Positions 28,526 to 38,880 are shown, numbered from the stretch's first letter. The stretch is 61,656 nucleotides of DNA from Bacteroidales bacterium (GCA_045615125.1 JAZLEF010000146.1:1-61656); one strand, 5' to 3'. Notes: generated by a model from the letters alone, not told the origin. Translations and numbers: made by a program.

Positions 28526-30526
28526 ATGAAAAAAGCTTTACATTTAATGTTGGCATTGGCTCTTTTTGTATGCGGTTTCAATGTAAACGCACAAAAAAAT
28601 GCTTATCACAATGTCATGACATCTGTTGAAAAACAAGATGTTAAAAAAGAAAACAGAGCTCCTGAAGTAAGAGTTAAAGATGTTAAGGGTGCTGCTATCA
28701 CAATCATTGATAGTAAATATCATTTCCCTTACGACATTTCTGACAACAAACAACACATTGCTATTCAAGCATTCGGTGAATCAGAGAGTTACTACTGGTC
28801 AGAATCAACAGGTATGGTATACATTAATGGTACTGTCTTCGCTGTATCAGATGATGGTATCGTTGCTGGTTATTACACAAACGACCAAGGCGTATCTGTT
28901 GGCGGTTTATGGTATCCAGACGTTCAACAATGGCAATTCTTAGGCATGAACCCAGACTATCCAGAATTCTTCTTGGATATGGACAACCCAGATTATAACG
29001 GCGCATGGGCAATGTCAAACGACGGTCTTTATGTAGGCGTTATGCAATTCACAGCAGAATGGGAAACTTCATCATACCTCTGGACTCCTAACAATGGTTA
29101 CTCAAAACTTCCTAACGGAACATCAACACAGACAAGACCTAACGGCATCAGCAGCGACGGTAGCATCGTTGTTGGTCACGGCACTGACGAAATAGGTTAC
29201 TGGACAGCATGTTACTGGAAAGATGGTGAAATCTACAACATCGAAAACCTTTATGGTGAAGCAATGAATGCATCTCCAAACAGCAGATTCATTTGCGGTT
29301 ACATTGATGGTATGGAAGGTAATGCTTTCGTTTATGACATCAATAATAGCGAATTGACACAAATACCTAACACTCTCGAAGTTGGCTCATCATTATCAGC
29401 AACATGCGTAACTGACAATGGCGACGCTTTCGGTTATTTGGCTGGCGGTTTCCCTCCAATGCCTGACATGAGAAGAGCTTTCGCTTACGTAGGCGGCGAA
29501 ACAATGTACTTCACCGACTATTTATTAGCTAATGGCGTTGGCGAAGCTGAATCATGGATTATCTACAGCATCAACAACGTAACAGCTGACGGAAGAACAT
29601 TCATCGGTGCAGCTAATATCGACGGTCAAGACTGCTCATTCGTTCTCACACTTGAAGAATCATTATGCGACGGTCCAACAAACTTGACATATTCTATCCC
29701 AGAAAATGACTTTAATAACGTAGTACTCAACTGGGAAGCTCCAGCAGATCCTATCGACGTAACATACGAAATCTACACAGGTTATACAGCAACAGAACCT
29801 ATCTACGCAGGCATCACAGAAACATCTTTCGAAATCGAAAACTTAGAACCAGGTTCATACACATTCTTAGTAAGAGCTAACTGGGGCGGCGAATGCTTGT
29901 CAAACGGCTCTAACACAGTAAAACCAACAATCTATCCATGCGCTGCTGAAAATATGTGCGAACTTACTTTCACCATGATTGACGAATACGGCGACGGATG
30001 GAACAACGGTTACATCCAAATAGTTGGTACTTTAAGCGACATGATTTATAAAGTTGAACTCAAACAAGGTGGTTATATCGATGAACCAACAGTATTAGTT
30101 CTTCCATTATGTCATGACACTTACACATTTACATGGGTTAAAGGTGAATGGGACGCAGAAATCGGATTCTCAATCGCTTTGGAAGGCGAAGTAATATACA
30201 ACGTCGATATCGCTGGTATCACAGATACTTTCGAATTGAACTTCTTAAACTACGAAGTCAATTGCGCAGCAGACGTAAATGAAATCACTACAGAAAACAA
30301 TATCAACATCATGCCTAACCCAGCTAAGAACTATTTCAACATCGAAGGTGAAAACATCGCTAAAGTTGAAATCTACAACGCATTAGGTCAAATGATTGAT
30401 GTTGTTGACACTGAAAATAGCAACGTTCAAATAAGCACCGAAAATTATAACAACGGTATCTATTTCGTAAAAACTACAACAACAGACGCTCAAGTCAACG
30501 TTACAAAAGTTGTTGTTTCTAAATAA
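28526..30526 (+). CDS. secreted multidomain T9SS cargo: HAF-type repeats, FN3-like domain, Cys/GDGW domain, T9SS C-terminal sorting domain
   Basis: Signal peptide; repeated xSxDGxxxxG units (ISSDGSIVVGHG, AVSDDGIVAGYY, VTADGRTFIGAA). C-terminus IMPNPAKNYFNIEG...GIYFVKTTT. Confidence 0.65.
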   Translation: MKKALHLMLALALFVCGFNVNAQKNAYHNVMTSVEKQDVKKENRAPEVRVKDVKGAAITIIDSKYHFPYDISDNKQHIAIQAFGESESYYWSESTGMVYINGTVFAVSDDGIVAGYYTNDQGVSVGGLWYPDVQQWQFLGMNPDYPEFFLDMDNPDYNGAWAMSNDGLYVGVMQFTAEWETSSYLWTPNNGYSKLPNGTSTQTRPNGISSDGSIVVGHGTDEIGYWTACYWKDGEIYNIENLYGEAMNASPNSRFICGYIDGMEGNAFVYDINNSELTQIPNTLEVGSSLSATCVTDNGDAFGYLAGGFPPMPDMRRAFAYVGGETMYFTDYLLANGVGEAESWIIYSINNVTADGRTFIGAANIDGQDCSFVLTLEESLCDGPTNLTYSIPENDFNNVVLNWEAPADPIDVTYEIYTGYTATEPIYAGITETSFEIENLEPGSYTFLVRANWGGECLSNGSNTVKPTIYPCAAENMCELTFTMIDEYGDGWNNGYIQIVGTLSDMIYKVELKQGGYIDEPTVLVLPLCHDTYTFTWVKGEWDAEIGFSIALEGEVIYNVDIAGITDTFELNFLNYEVNCAADVNEITTENNINIMPNPAKNYFNIEGENIAKVEIYNALGQMIDVVDTENSNVQISTENYNNGIYFVKTTTTDAQVNVTKVVVSK

Positions 30527-30551
30527 TAAGTCAAAGACTTAAAACAATGAT

Positions 30552-30582
30552 AAAGGGCGACTTCAATGAGGTCGCCTTTTTT
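30552..30582 (+). terminator. terminator after gene 28526
   Basis: Stem ggcgac/gtcgcc plus T6; lies inside the 5' extension of ORF 30547, arguing against that start. Confidence 0.6.
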
Positions 30583-30636
30583 AGTTTTATTAACAACATA
30601 TTTCATCACATCACCTTATTATATTTAAAAAAAAAT

Positions 30637-30654
30637 TATCTTTGCATATGCAAA
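30637..30654 (+). promoter_or_regulatory. -7 box TATCTTTG overlapping the perfect 14-nt palindrome TTTGCATATGCAAA
   Basis: Read directly; 25 nt upstream of ATG 30670. Confidence 0.5.
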
Positions 30655-30669
30655 AAAAGCATCGCTGCG

Positions 30670-33129
30670 ATGCGAAAAATTACAATATTAACAATATTTC
30701 TGTTTATGTTTATCCTGTCAACAAGAATGAAAGACACAATTAAAAACATAAAGACATTTATAACATTAACATTATGTTATATTATCTTCACCTTTGCCGT
30801 CAGATTTATAGAAATCTTCTTTATCGGAGGCGTTTCGGAAATCAGCAGCTTTTCAGGTTTGGTTTACAACAATTTGGCGTGTACTTGCTTCGTCAGTTTG
30901 TTAGTCTTTGTGATATATTTTATCATTTCATTATTTTCAAAAAAGATTGCCACATTCACAGCGGCTATACTATTTGGAATAATGTTCATATTTGAAGCCG
31001 GCCTCGTCGTCTATCACAACTCCACAGGCATCCTCATGGGTAACGAATTGATTAACCGACCTTTATGGGAGACATGGTTTACAATTAAAAGTTTCCTTAA
31101 CATCTGGATAATTCTCGGAGTCGTGGCGACAATATGCGCATACGTATTCATTTCCATAAAATTATCTAATAAAAACCTAAACAAAATAATAGCCCTAATT
31201 ACCTTATTAGTAATATGTGCATCATCAATATTGTTTTTTACCACAGAACCAAATCATGACAAGTATATAGTCAACAAAATATCATATTGCATCAACGCCT
31301 GTTTTGAAAAAGAAAACAACAGCCAGACATTCTCGAAAATAGAATACGACGAAGATAAAATCAAGACATTCAACCAGTTGTTCCCTGACAGAAATATTAT
31401 AGACAACGATTATCCTCTCGAGAGAAAAGATAATATTCCAAATGTTTTAGGACCATATTTCAAGAAATCACATAAGAAACCTAATATCGTCGTAATCATA
31501 GTGGAATCGTTAGGTGCAAATATCTTCGGCGAAAACAAATACGGAATCAGTTTCACTCCATTTTTAGATTCATTATCAAAACATTCACTTTATTGGAGCA
31601 ACTGTTTATCAACCACACCTCGTAGTTTCGGTGCCGTTCCTGCCACTACGGGTTCCGTACCTCATGGAACTATGGGATTCCAATTCGGCGACATACCAGA
31701 ATACAATTCTCTCATCAGTGTATTGAAAGACAACAATTATATGACAAGCGCATTCTATGCAGGCGAGTTCTCTTTCGATAAAGTCTATGATTATCTCATC
31801 TCACAACAAACCGATTTTCTAGCTCCATTTTTCGAAGACCAAAAGAAAAAGGAAAACAAAAAATATGACTTTACTTATTGGGGATATCAAGATAAGGTGA
31901 TGTTCGACAAAAGTATGGATATCATCGAACAACGTAATAAAACAAAATCATATTTTGATTTATTCATAACGATATCACAACACGACAACAGATTAAGGCT
32001 CAACGATAAAGAAAGAGCTGACGTTTACTACGACAAAGCAGCCAAAATAATTGCACAATATCCAGAGAGCGAACAAGCCAAAAAAAATGAAAACATAGGC
32101 TACCACGCAGCCGCACTATACGGTGACGAATCTATAAAACATTTCATCAATCGTTACACCGAATACGACAAAGACGAAAACACTATATTTATTATCACTG
32201 GCGACCACAGCTTGAACCAGAATCCAGAAAAGATCCTCGACGCTTTTCATGTGCCTTTGATTATATGGTCACCTATGCTTGAAAAAACTCAGCATTTCAA
32301 GTCAGTGGTTTCTCATAACGATATTGTACCTTCCATCAACGCATTGTTAAGAGACAACTTCAACTTGAAGACTCCAAAGAATATTCATTGGATGGGCCAA
32401 GCTCTCGACACCATTACAGACTTCCATTGCGACTTAAAGACATGTTTCTTCAGATATACCAGAAAGATTTTTGACGGAATATATGAAAACTATTACTATA
32501 CATTTGAAAATAACAACAAGAGATTATTCCTGATAAAAGATAATCTTGAACTTGAAAAAATTGATGACAAAGACCTCATCAATGAAATAAACGAGAAATT
32601 CCAAGCTATGATATATGTGGATAATTATTCATATTCAAATAACAAAATGACAAAGAATCCATTATTCCCACATAGTAAATTTGAAATTATCGAAAGCTAT
32701 ACCATTGATTCTGTATATTGTTCCTCTCCACAAGAGAAACCTGGAGGCAAGAAGCCAAAACAGGTAGAAATACTTTCCGACAATATAAAGAGTAAACATA
32801 AGGAAGTGAAAATCATCATCACCGCTGACATTTTATATACAGGTTCCGTATGGCAAGATCAATTTATAAATCTCGGCATCGACTATTTCTATGATGGAAA
32901 CAGCAAAATCACGCAATACGATAACATCAGCAAGAACATCGTAGGAAAAGGTTATCGTCCTAACGAATGGTTGAAATTAGAATTTGTCAAAATATTTTAT
33001 ACAAAAGACTTTGACAAAAATAAATTCGATATATATCTGAGAGCCACAGAGAAAGATTTCTTGTGGAATCCTAATCATACCGTAACCTTAAAAAACATTA
33101 ACATTTCAGTATTAGGTTCAAAAGATTGA
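30670..33129 (+). CDS. LTA-synthase/sulfatase-family membrane phosphotransferase with an extra C-terminal domain (start moved to MRKITILT)
   Basis: N-terminal TM helices; sulfatase core NIVVIIVESLGAN ... TPRSFGAVPATTGS ... ITGDHS. Confidence 0.75.
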   Translation: MRKITILTIFLFMFILSTRMKDTIKNIKTFITLTLCYIIFTFAVRFIEIFFIGGVSEISSFSGLVYNNLACTCFVSLLVFVIYFIISLFSKKIATFTAAILFGIMFIFEAGLVVYHNSTGILMGNELINRPLWETWFTIKSFLNIWIILGVVATICAYVFISIKLSNKNLNKIIALITLLVICASSILFFTTEPNHDKYIVNKISYCINACFEKENNSQTFSKIEYDEDKIKTFNQLFPDRNIIDNDYPLERKDNIPNVLGPYFKKSHKKPNIVVIIVESLGANIFGENKYGISFTPFLDSLSKHSLYWSNCLSTTPRSFGAVPATTGSVPHGTMGFQFGDIPEYNSLISVLKDNNYMTSAFYAGEFSFDKVYDYLISQQTDFLAPFFEDQKKKENKKYDFTYWGYQDKVMFDKSMDIIEQRNKTKSYFDLFITISQHDNRLRLNDKERADVYYDKAAKIIAQYPESEQAKKNENIGYHAAALYGDESIKHFINRYTEYDKDENTIFIITGDHSLNQNPEKILDAFHVPLIIWSPMLEKTQHFKSVVSHNDIVPSINALLRDNFNLKTPKNIHWMGQALDTITDFHCDLKTCFFRYTRKIFDGIYENYYYTFENNNKRLFLIKDNLELEKIDDKDLINEINEKFQAMIYVDNYSYSNNKMTKNPLFPHSKFEIIESYTIDSVYCSSPQEKPGGKKPKQVEILSDNIKSKHKEVKIIITADILYTGSVWQDQFINLGIDYFYDGNSKITQYDNISKNIVGKGYRPNEWLKLEFVKIFYTKDFDKNKFDIYLRATEKDFLWNPNHTVTLKNINISVLGSKD

Positions 33130-33140
33130 TAAGGTTCTTG

Positions 33141-33881
33141 TTAATATTCTATTGGATTAGGATAATCGACGAGGACCACTTTCACGCTTTCATTTTCGCA
33201 GAGTTTCTTTGTAAACTCAACATTTTCAGGAGTATATTTTTTTGGAGTATCCCAGAAGTGAATATTCTGTTCAGGAAAGCTGTCGCATAAAAGAGGGAAC
33301 ATTGTATATTCGCAGCTTATTGCATCAGGCTGAAGATCTGCTATTTGATTTCTTATTTTTCTCATCACAGAAACAGTGTCCCTGTAAGTTCTTTTCCTCC
33401 AATAATGAAGATTCTCGACCCATAGCAGAACATGATAATCTCTTTCTTTGGCAATTTTTAGAGCTTTGACATCTTTACTTTCCACAAAGAATTTATTTTC
33501 CAGATTATATTTTTTCACTATGCTGTCCAAAACATCAAAGGCGACTGTGGCATTATCTACTGAAAGATTTTTAAAATCAATCCAATACGACATACGATTA
33601 GGTTTCTTCAATATAGCGAGCCAATTATCAAGAGTCTGTTTTTTTGATGTATCAGCCACTACCCTACCAACGTAAATATCATTTTTCTCTGGAGAATATA
33701 TGACATCTACTTCCAGGCCGTCAAAAACGCCTTCATATTTCTGAGCATCATATTTGGAATAAACGCCATGTTTCCATGTCTTAGACTCTGGATAATCAAA
33801 TGATTTTCCTTTCTTATTATTTTCATTATCACATGAAAACAACAATGATAATACGAAAATTGAGAGTATGATATTTTTCAT
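33141..33881 (-). CDS. lipoprotein, GDPD/PI-PLC-like phosphodiesterase fold suspected (start moved to MKNIILS)
   Basis: Lipobox LLFSC; GLEVDV and WIDFKN blocks resemble glycerophosphodiester phosphodiesterases. Weak call. Confidence 0.35.
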   Translation of the reverse strand: MKNIILSIFVLSLLFSCDNENNKKGKSFDYPESKTWKHGVYSKYDAQKYEGVFDGLEVDVIYSPEKNDIYVGRVVADTSKKQTLDNWLAILKKPNRMSYWIDFKNLSVDNATVAFDVLDSIVKKYNLENKFFVESKDVKALKIAKERDYHVLLWVENLHYWRKRTYRDTVSVMRKIRNQIADLQPDAISCEYTMFPLLCDSFPEQNIHFWDTPKKYTPENVEFTKKLCENESVKVVLVDYPNPIEY

Positions 33882-33904
33882 TAAAAAAATTGACTTATAT
33901 GTTG

Positions 33905-33912
33905 CAAAGATA
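33905..33912 (-). promoter_or_regulatory. -7 promoter box (TATCTTTG on minus strand)
   Basis: CAAAGATA on the plus strand, 23 nt upstream of ATG 33881 and inside the ORF-track extension. Confidence 0.5.
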
Positions 33913-33934
33913 ATTTTTTTCAATAAAAAAATGA

Positions 33935-33942
33935 TACCTTTG
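33935..33942 (+). promoter_or_regulatory. -7 promoter box TACCTTTG
   Basis: 11 nt upstream of ATG 33954. Confidence 0.5.
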
Positions 33943-33953
33943 TAAAAAAATAT

Positions 33954-34796
33954 ATGATGATAAATATTACAAAAAGATCCGGTTTGATACTTGAAGGAGG
34001 AGGCATGAGAGGTGTATTCACAAGCGGTGTTCTCGACTGTTTTATGGACAAAGGAATACGTTTTCCATATTCCATTGGAGTGAGCGCAGGAGCCTGTAAC
34101 GGACTATCATATATATCACGACAAAGAGGTCGGGCTAAATTCAGCAACATCGATTTGCTAGAGAAATACAAATATATCGGGATAAAACACCTTTTAAAAA
34201 AAGGCAACATCATGGATTTCGACCTGCTTTTCCATACTTTCCCTAACGAAATAATCCCATACGATTACGACATCTTGGCCAATTGCGAAGAACATTATGA
34301 GATGGTCACGACAAGCTGCCGCACAGGAAAAGCCTGCTACTATGAAGAAAAGAAAGATGCTAACAGAGTGATTGACATCGTTAAAGCATCGAGCAGCCTG
34401 CCCTTCGTCTGTCCAATAACATACGTCGATGGAGAGCCCATGCTCGATGGCGGCATCGCCGACTCCATTCCTTTATTACGAGCCAGAGAGCTCGGCTATG
34501 ACAACAATGTCGTAGTACTTACTCGCAACAAAGGATATAGAAAGCCAGAGAAAGAAATTAAAGCAGTGTCATTATTTTACAAAGAATACCCTGCATTGCA
34601 AAAAGCTATACGTAAACGTAATAAAATCTACAACGAACAAATCAGTTTGGTAGAACAATTAGAAGACGCAGGAGAAATCGTTGTGATTCGTCCTCAAAAA
34701 CCTGTTGAAGTTGACAGAATGGAACGCGACACAAAGAAATTACTTGCATTATACGAAGAAGGATATGATTTAGCTATGAAGTGCATAGAATCATAG
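33954..34796 (+). CDS. patatin-like phospholipase
   Basis: GGGMRG oxyanion motif and GVSAGA nucleophile motif. Confidence 0.85.
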   Translation: MMINITKRSGLILEGGGMRGVFTSGVLDCFMDKGIRFPYSIGVSAGACNGLSYISRQRGRAKFSNIDLLEKYKYIGIKHLLKKGNIMDFDLLFHTFPNEIIPYDYDILANCEEHYEMVTTSCRTGKACYYEEKKDANRVIDIVKASSSLPFVCPITYVDGEPMLDGGIADSIPLLRARELGYDNNVVVLTRNKGYRKPEKEIKAVSLFYKEYPALQKAIRKRNKIYNEQISLVEQLEDAGEIVVIRPQKPVEVDRMERDTKKLLALYEEGYDLAMKCIES

Positions 34797-34804
34797 CTCC
34801 TCAT

Positions 34805-35296
34805 TTAACAAGCTGTTACCATCAGCATTTCTTCTATCTCCTTCTCAAGTCTGCTCGGCTTAACAGTAGGTGCATAACGTTTTATTTTGCTACCGTCGGC
34901 TGATATAAGGAATTTAGTGAAATTCCATTTAATATCTTCTCCCAAGATATTTTTCGTCTTTTCTTTAAGATATGTATATATAGGTGAGGCATTTTCGCCA
35001 TTCACCTCAATCTTTTTCATCATCTGAAAAGTGACACCATAATTGACCTGACAAAAATCCAAGATCTCATCGTCGTTACCAGGATCTTGCTGTCCAAACT
35101 GATTGCATGGAAATCCAATGATAACGAGTCCTTTATCTTTATATTTCTGGTTTAGTTCTTCGAGACCGGCAAACTGCGGAGTAAAACCACATTTACTAGC
35201 CGTATTTACAATTAAAAGCACTTTTCCTCTAAACTGGCTGAAATCCAACTCTTTTCCACTTGATGTCACAGCCTTAAAATCATATATCGACTTCAT
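34805..35296 (-). CDS. glutathione peroxidase family protein (start moved to MKSIYDF)
   Basis: LIVNTASKCGFTPQF ... WNFTKFL. Confidence 0.9.
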   Translation of the reverse strand: MKSIYDFKAVTSSGKELDFSQFRGKVLLIVNTASKCGFTPQFAGLEELNQKYKDKGLVIIGFPCNQFGQQDPGNDDEILDFCQVNYGVTFQMMKKIEVNGENASPIYTYLKEKTKNILGEDIKWNFTKFLISADGSKIKRYAPTVKPSRLEKEIEEMLMVTAC

Positions 35297-35302
35297 AACT
35301 AT

Positions 35303-35310
35303 CAAAATTA
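35303..35310 (-). promoter_or_regulatory. -7 promoter box (TAATTTTG on minus strand), 6 nt before the ATG
   Basis: CAAAATTA on the plus strand. The ORF-track start 35305 is the TTG of this box. Confidence 0.5.
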
Positions 35311-35359
35311 ATTTTTATCTATAAAACAACAATTCATGGAAATGTTCATTTATAAATCG

Positions 35360-35367
35360 TAATTTTG
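35360..35367 (+). promoter_or_regulatory. -7 promoter box TAATTTTG
   Basis: 18 nt upstream of ATG 35386. The ORF-track start 35365 is the TTG of this box. Confidence 0.55.
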
Positions 35368-35385
35368 CTTGTAAAAACATTTAAG

Positions 35386-37023
35386 ATGGACAACTCAGTA
35401 TTTAAAATAAGCGGACATATTGTCGATGTGGTTAATTCTCGTATTTTCAAAGGAAGCGTCTTTATTGAGAACAACAAGATAATCAACATTATAGAAGACA
35501 ACAACGACAACAACCAAATCATTATGCCTGGTTTTGTCGATTCTCATATCCACATTGAGAGTTCCATGCTTGCGCCTACCGAGTTTGCTCGTCTTGCCGT
35601 GGTTCATGGCACTGTCGCTACCGTCAGCGACCCGCACGAGATAGCCAATGTTCTGGGAATTGAAGGCGTGAAATATATGATTGAAACTGGCAAAAAATCA
35701 CCTTTGAAGTTTTATTTCGGAGCACCGAGCTGCGTTCCTGCAACATCTTTCGAAACGTCAGGAGCAGTCTTAGATTCTGAAGCCGTCGAGGAACTTCTAT
35801 CTCTAGACGACATAAAATTTCTCGGTGAGATGATGAATTATCCAGGAGTCATCTTCGATGATAATGAAGTAGTTAAAAAAATAGAATCAGCAAAACGACA
35901 TAACAAACCTATTGACGGTCATGCTCCGCTTCTCAACGGCAATGATTTGATAAAATATTGCAAATCTGGTATTACCACAGACCACGAGTGTTCCAATATC
36001 GATGAAGCTCGTGAGAAGTTGGCTCTAGGTATGACAATACAGATTCGTGAAGGCAGTGCCGCCAATAACTTTGATGCTCTCATCTCACTCATCGAAGAGT
36101 CACCAGAAAATATAATGCTATGCTCCGACGATCTGCACCCTCACGAACTAATAAATGGTCATATCAACCGCCTAGTAAAAAGAGCTATCTCATTAGGTTA
36201 TAATATCTTAAATGTTTTAAAAACTGCTACGTTAACACCAATAAAACATTATGGACTTGAAGTAGGTTTATTACAAAAAAACGATCCTGCTGATTTCATC
36301 GTAATAGATAACTTCAACGATTTCAATATATTAAAGACTTATATTGATGGAAAATTAGTTGCTGAAAATAATAAGTATCTTATTCCTGAAATAGAAATAG
36401 ATGTCATCAATAATTTTGAAACCGATAATGTTAATATTGATGATTTTAAAATATTTGATAAAGGTAAAAACATAAAGATTATCAATGCAGTAAGCGGAGA
36501 AATCCTCACCGAGAAAATTATTGGCAGACCAAAGAGTATTGATAATTATTTAGTTAGCGATATTGATAATGACATCTTGAAAATTGCTGTCATAAATCGT
36601 TATGAAAAGAAAAAAGTAGCATTAGGATTTATAAAGAATTTCGGCTTGAAGAAAGGAGCAATTGCTTCGAGCGTGGCACACGACAGCCATGCTGTAGTTG
36701 TTGTTGGATGCAGCGACGAGGAAATGAGCAATGCTGCCAATATGATTATCAATGCAAAAGGTGGTTTGGTCGCATGGAGCCACGACAAAAATATTTGCAT
36801 TCCGCTTCCTGTAGCTGGTCTTATGACAAATAAAGATGGAAGAGAAATAGCCGCTGATTATCAAGCACTCGTTAGTTTGTCAAAAGAATTAGGCTCAACA
36901 TTAAACGACCCATTCATGACTATGGGATTCATGTCGTTACTCGTTATACCTAAGCTGAAACTCAGTGACAACGGACTCTTCGACTGCGAGAAATTTGAAT
37001 TTACTACACTATTTGAGGAATAG
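35386..37023 (+). CDS. ade: adenine deaminase
   Basis: MPGFVDSHIHIESSML amidohydrolase motif; about 545 aa. Confidence 0.88.
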   Translation: MDNSVFKISGHIVDVVNSRIFKGSVFIENNKIINIIEDNNDNNQIIMPGFVDSHIHIESSMLAPTEFARLAVVHGTVATVSDPHEIANVLGIEGVKYMIETGKKSPLKFYFGAPSCVPATSFETSGAVLDSEAVEELLSLDDIKFLGEMMNYPGVIFDDNEVVKKIESAKRHNKPIDGHAPLLNGNDLIKYCKSGITTDHECSNIDEAREKLALGMTIQIREGSAANNFDALISLIEESPENIMLCSDDLHPHELINGHINRLVKRAISLGYNILNVLKTATLTPIKHYGLEVGLLQKNDPADFIVIDNFNDFNILKTYIDGKLVAENNKYLIPEIEIDVINNFETDNVNIDDFKIFDKGKNIKIINAVSGEILTEKIIGRPKSIDNYLVSDIDNDILKIAVINRYEKKKVALGFIKNFGLKKGAIASSVAHDSHAVVVVGCSDEEMSNAANMIINAKGGLVAWSHDKNICIPLPVAGLMTNKDGREIAADYQALVSLSKELGSTLNDPFMTMGFMSLLVIPKLKLSDNGLFDCEKFEFTTLFEE

Positions 37024-37080
37024 AATTGTGGAATTGTGGAATTAAGGATTAAAGAATTCCTTAGCTCCTTAGTTCCATCA
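37021..37080. repeat. two back-to-back octamer arrays filling a convergent gap
   Basis: Plus strand TAGAATTG TGGAATTG TGGAATTA AGGATTAA from the ade stop. Minus strand TGA-T GGAACTAA GGAGCTAA GGAATTC from the stop of gene 37078. They meet at GAATTC (37054-37059). Confidence 0.9.
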
Positions 37081-38802
37081 AAACTTCCAGGTCTCTTCCA
37101 AATCAATGTCCCAATTGGCTTTAACGTCGAAAACATCTTTATGGAAAACTATTGTTTCTGGTAATAATTTCTTGCTATAATCACCAGGAGACCATTTGCC
37201 GTTGCCGTCCCTGTCGATAATGGCTTTCAATTTATATTTTTTAGGAACAAGATATCTAAACTCTACCTTTTTAGATTCGCCAACTATTTGTCTTGCAATG
37301 AATTTATCCTTGTCATCAAGAAGTTCTACAATGATTTGAGGGACATTTTCTGGAACTTCTACCTTAACAAAAACATTTCCATATTGAGCAACTTCTGCTA
37401 CTTTGAAAGAGAACTCAGTTGTGTCGTTGGTCACACCTTTGAAACTATAAAACACAGAATCTGGAACTATGATTTTATACGATTTCTCAGGAACTAAAGT
37501 CTTGTCGAGTTTATATTTCAATCCGAAAGAATCAATTTTCTCAAAATGTAAATCATTGATAATTGTATCTTTATCGACGATATACCAAGATGTATCACGC
37601 ATTACGATATTCGTTACAGGCTCCTTGAAAGTCAATATCAAATCCTGCTCAGGAGATAATTTTCCAGACACTATATTTGTCTTTATTTCCAACGGCTTCA
37701 CCTCTACTTCTGTCTTAGGTCTTCTTCCTCCCGTTGTACGAGGTTTCAAGCTCAGCTGAGTCGTGTCATTTATTAAAGTATCATAATTGATGGTTAATAA
37801 AAGACTATCTTTATTTGGGGTAAAATACCAAAGGATAGTGTCATAAGCTGCTGAATATGTTTTCAATATATTGAATGTATCAGGCAAAGATTCCAATACT
37901 TCCATCTTTACATCCTGAGCAGGACGATTGAATACGAAGCGAAGCAAACCGTTTTCCGGCACTTCTTTTTTTAGCAGTTTTTGAATTGTATCTTCTTGAA
38001 GGAATGAATATAAAGTAAGAGATTCTGTTTTATTAGTTTCTTGTATTACAGAATCATTCAACAGAGAATCATTGCTGATAGTATATTGTAGATTGTAAAT
38101 CGGCTTTACCAAGCTATCCAGAAAAGCTATGCCTTCATTAGGCAAATCGAATCTGAGATTTGAGTTCTCATCTTTCAAAGCGAATATAAGATAGTCTCTT
38201 TCTTTTAAGCCGGAGAATTTAAAATTACCATCTTTATCGCTTTTGGTCAGGTAGTAAGGTTTCACGAGATAAGGAAGAGAGTCGATGCCAATTGTATCAT
38301 TTTCATCACAATAAAGCATCACATAATAATCTGCTGTTGGTTTATGTGTATCTGCTTGAAGCAATTTTCCTTCGAGAGTAAGAGTATCTATATTATCGCC
38401 TGTCGAGAAGACATACGAATAATCTTTCAAGATATTACCTTCATGAAGATCTTTTATTGCCTCTCCGAAGTTGATGGAATAAGTCGCTTCAGCTCTTAAA
38501 GGTTCTTTAAATTTAATTATCAACGACTTACCATTAAGTTTATAATCTGGATTTTTTTCTAAAGGAGGAGAAATAAGGATATTACTATTTGGATTATTAA
38601 GAGTCACATATTCATCAAAAGAGATATGAATTTCTTTTCCATGAAACATAGTCGATTGATTTTCAGGAACCGCCGACAATACAACAGGAGGTACCTTATC
38701 TTTAGGGCCACCAGTAGGCGAAACTACATTAGCACAACGTGTAAAACTCAACATCAATATGAATGTGAGACATTTAGATATATATTGAGATATTTTTTTC
38801 AT
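37078..38802 (-). CDS. lipoprotein with N-terminal SbsA-type Ig-like (Big_5-like) domain
   Basis: Lipobox SFTRC, then VVSPTGGPKDKVPPVV; no catalytic motif seen. Confidence 0.5.
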   Translation of the reverse strand: MKKISQYISKCLTFILMLSFTRCANVVSPTGGPKDKVPPVVLSAVPENQSTMFHGKEIHISFDEYVTLNNPNSNILISPPLEKNPDYKLNGKSLIIKFKEPLRAEATYSINFGEAIKDLHEGNILKDYSYVFSTGDNIDTLTLEGKLLQADTHKPTADYYVMLYCDENDTIGIDSLPYLVKPYYLTKSDKDGNFKFSGLKERDYLIFALKDENSNLRFDLPNEGIAFLDSLVKPIYNLQYTISNDSLLNDSVIQETNKTESLTLYSFLQEDTIQKLLKKEVPENGLLRFVFNRPAQDVKMEVLESLPDTFNILKTYSAAYDTILWYFTPNKDSLLLTINYDTLINDTTQLSLKPRTTGGRRPKTEVEVKPLEIKTNIVSGKLSPEQDLILTFKEPVTNIVMRDTSWYIVDKDTIINDLHFEKIDSFGLKYKLDKTLVPEKSYKIIVPDSVFYSFKGVTNDTTEFSFKVAEVAQYGNVFVKVEVPENVPQIIVELLDDKDKFIARQIVGESKKVEFRYLVPKKYKLKAIIDRDGNGKWSPGDYSKKLLPETIVFHKDVFDVKANWDIDLEETWKF

Positions 38803-38807
38803 AAATG

Positions 38808-38815
38808 CAAAGATA
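38808..38815 (-). promoter_or_regulatory. -7 promoter box (TATCTTTG on minus strand), 5 nt before the ATG
   Basis: CAAAGATA on the plus strand; ATG at 38802. Confidence 0.5.
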
Positions 38816-38856
38816 TAAAAAAGTCAACAAGACAAATGGCAAAAGGAGAAAGGAAA

Positions 38857-38880
38857 ATCCTAAATCCTAACTCCTATCCT
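38857..38880. repeat. heptamer array ATCCTAA ATCCTAA CTCCTAT CCT (minus strand TTAGGAT words) across the stop of gene 38874
   Basis: Read directly. Confidence 0.65.
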
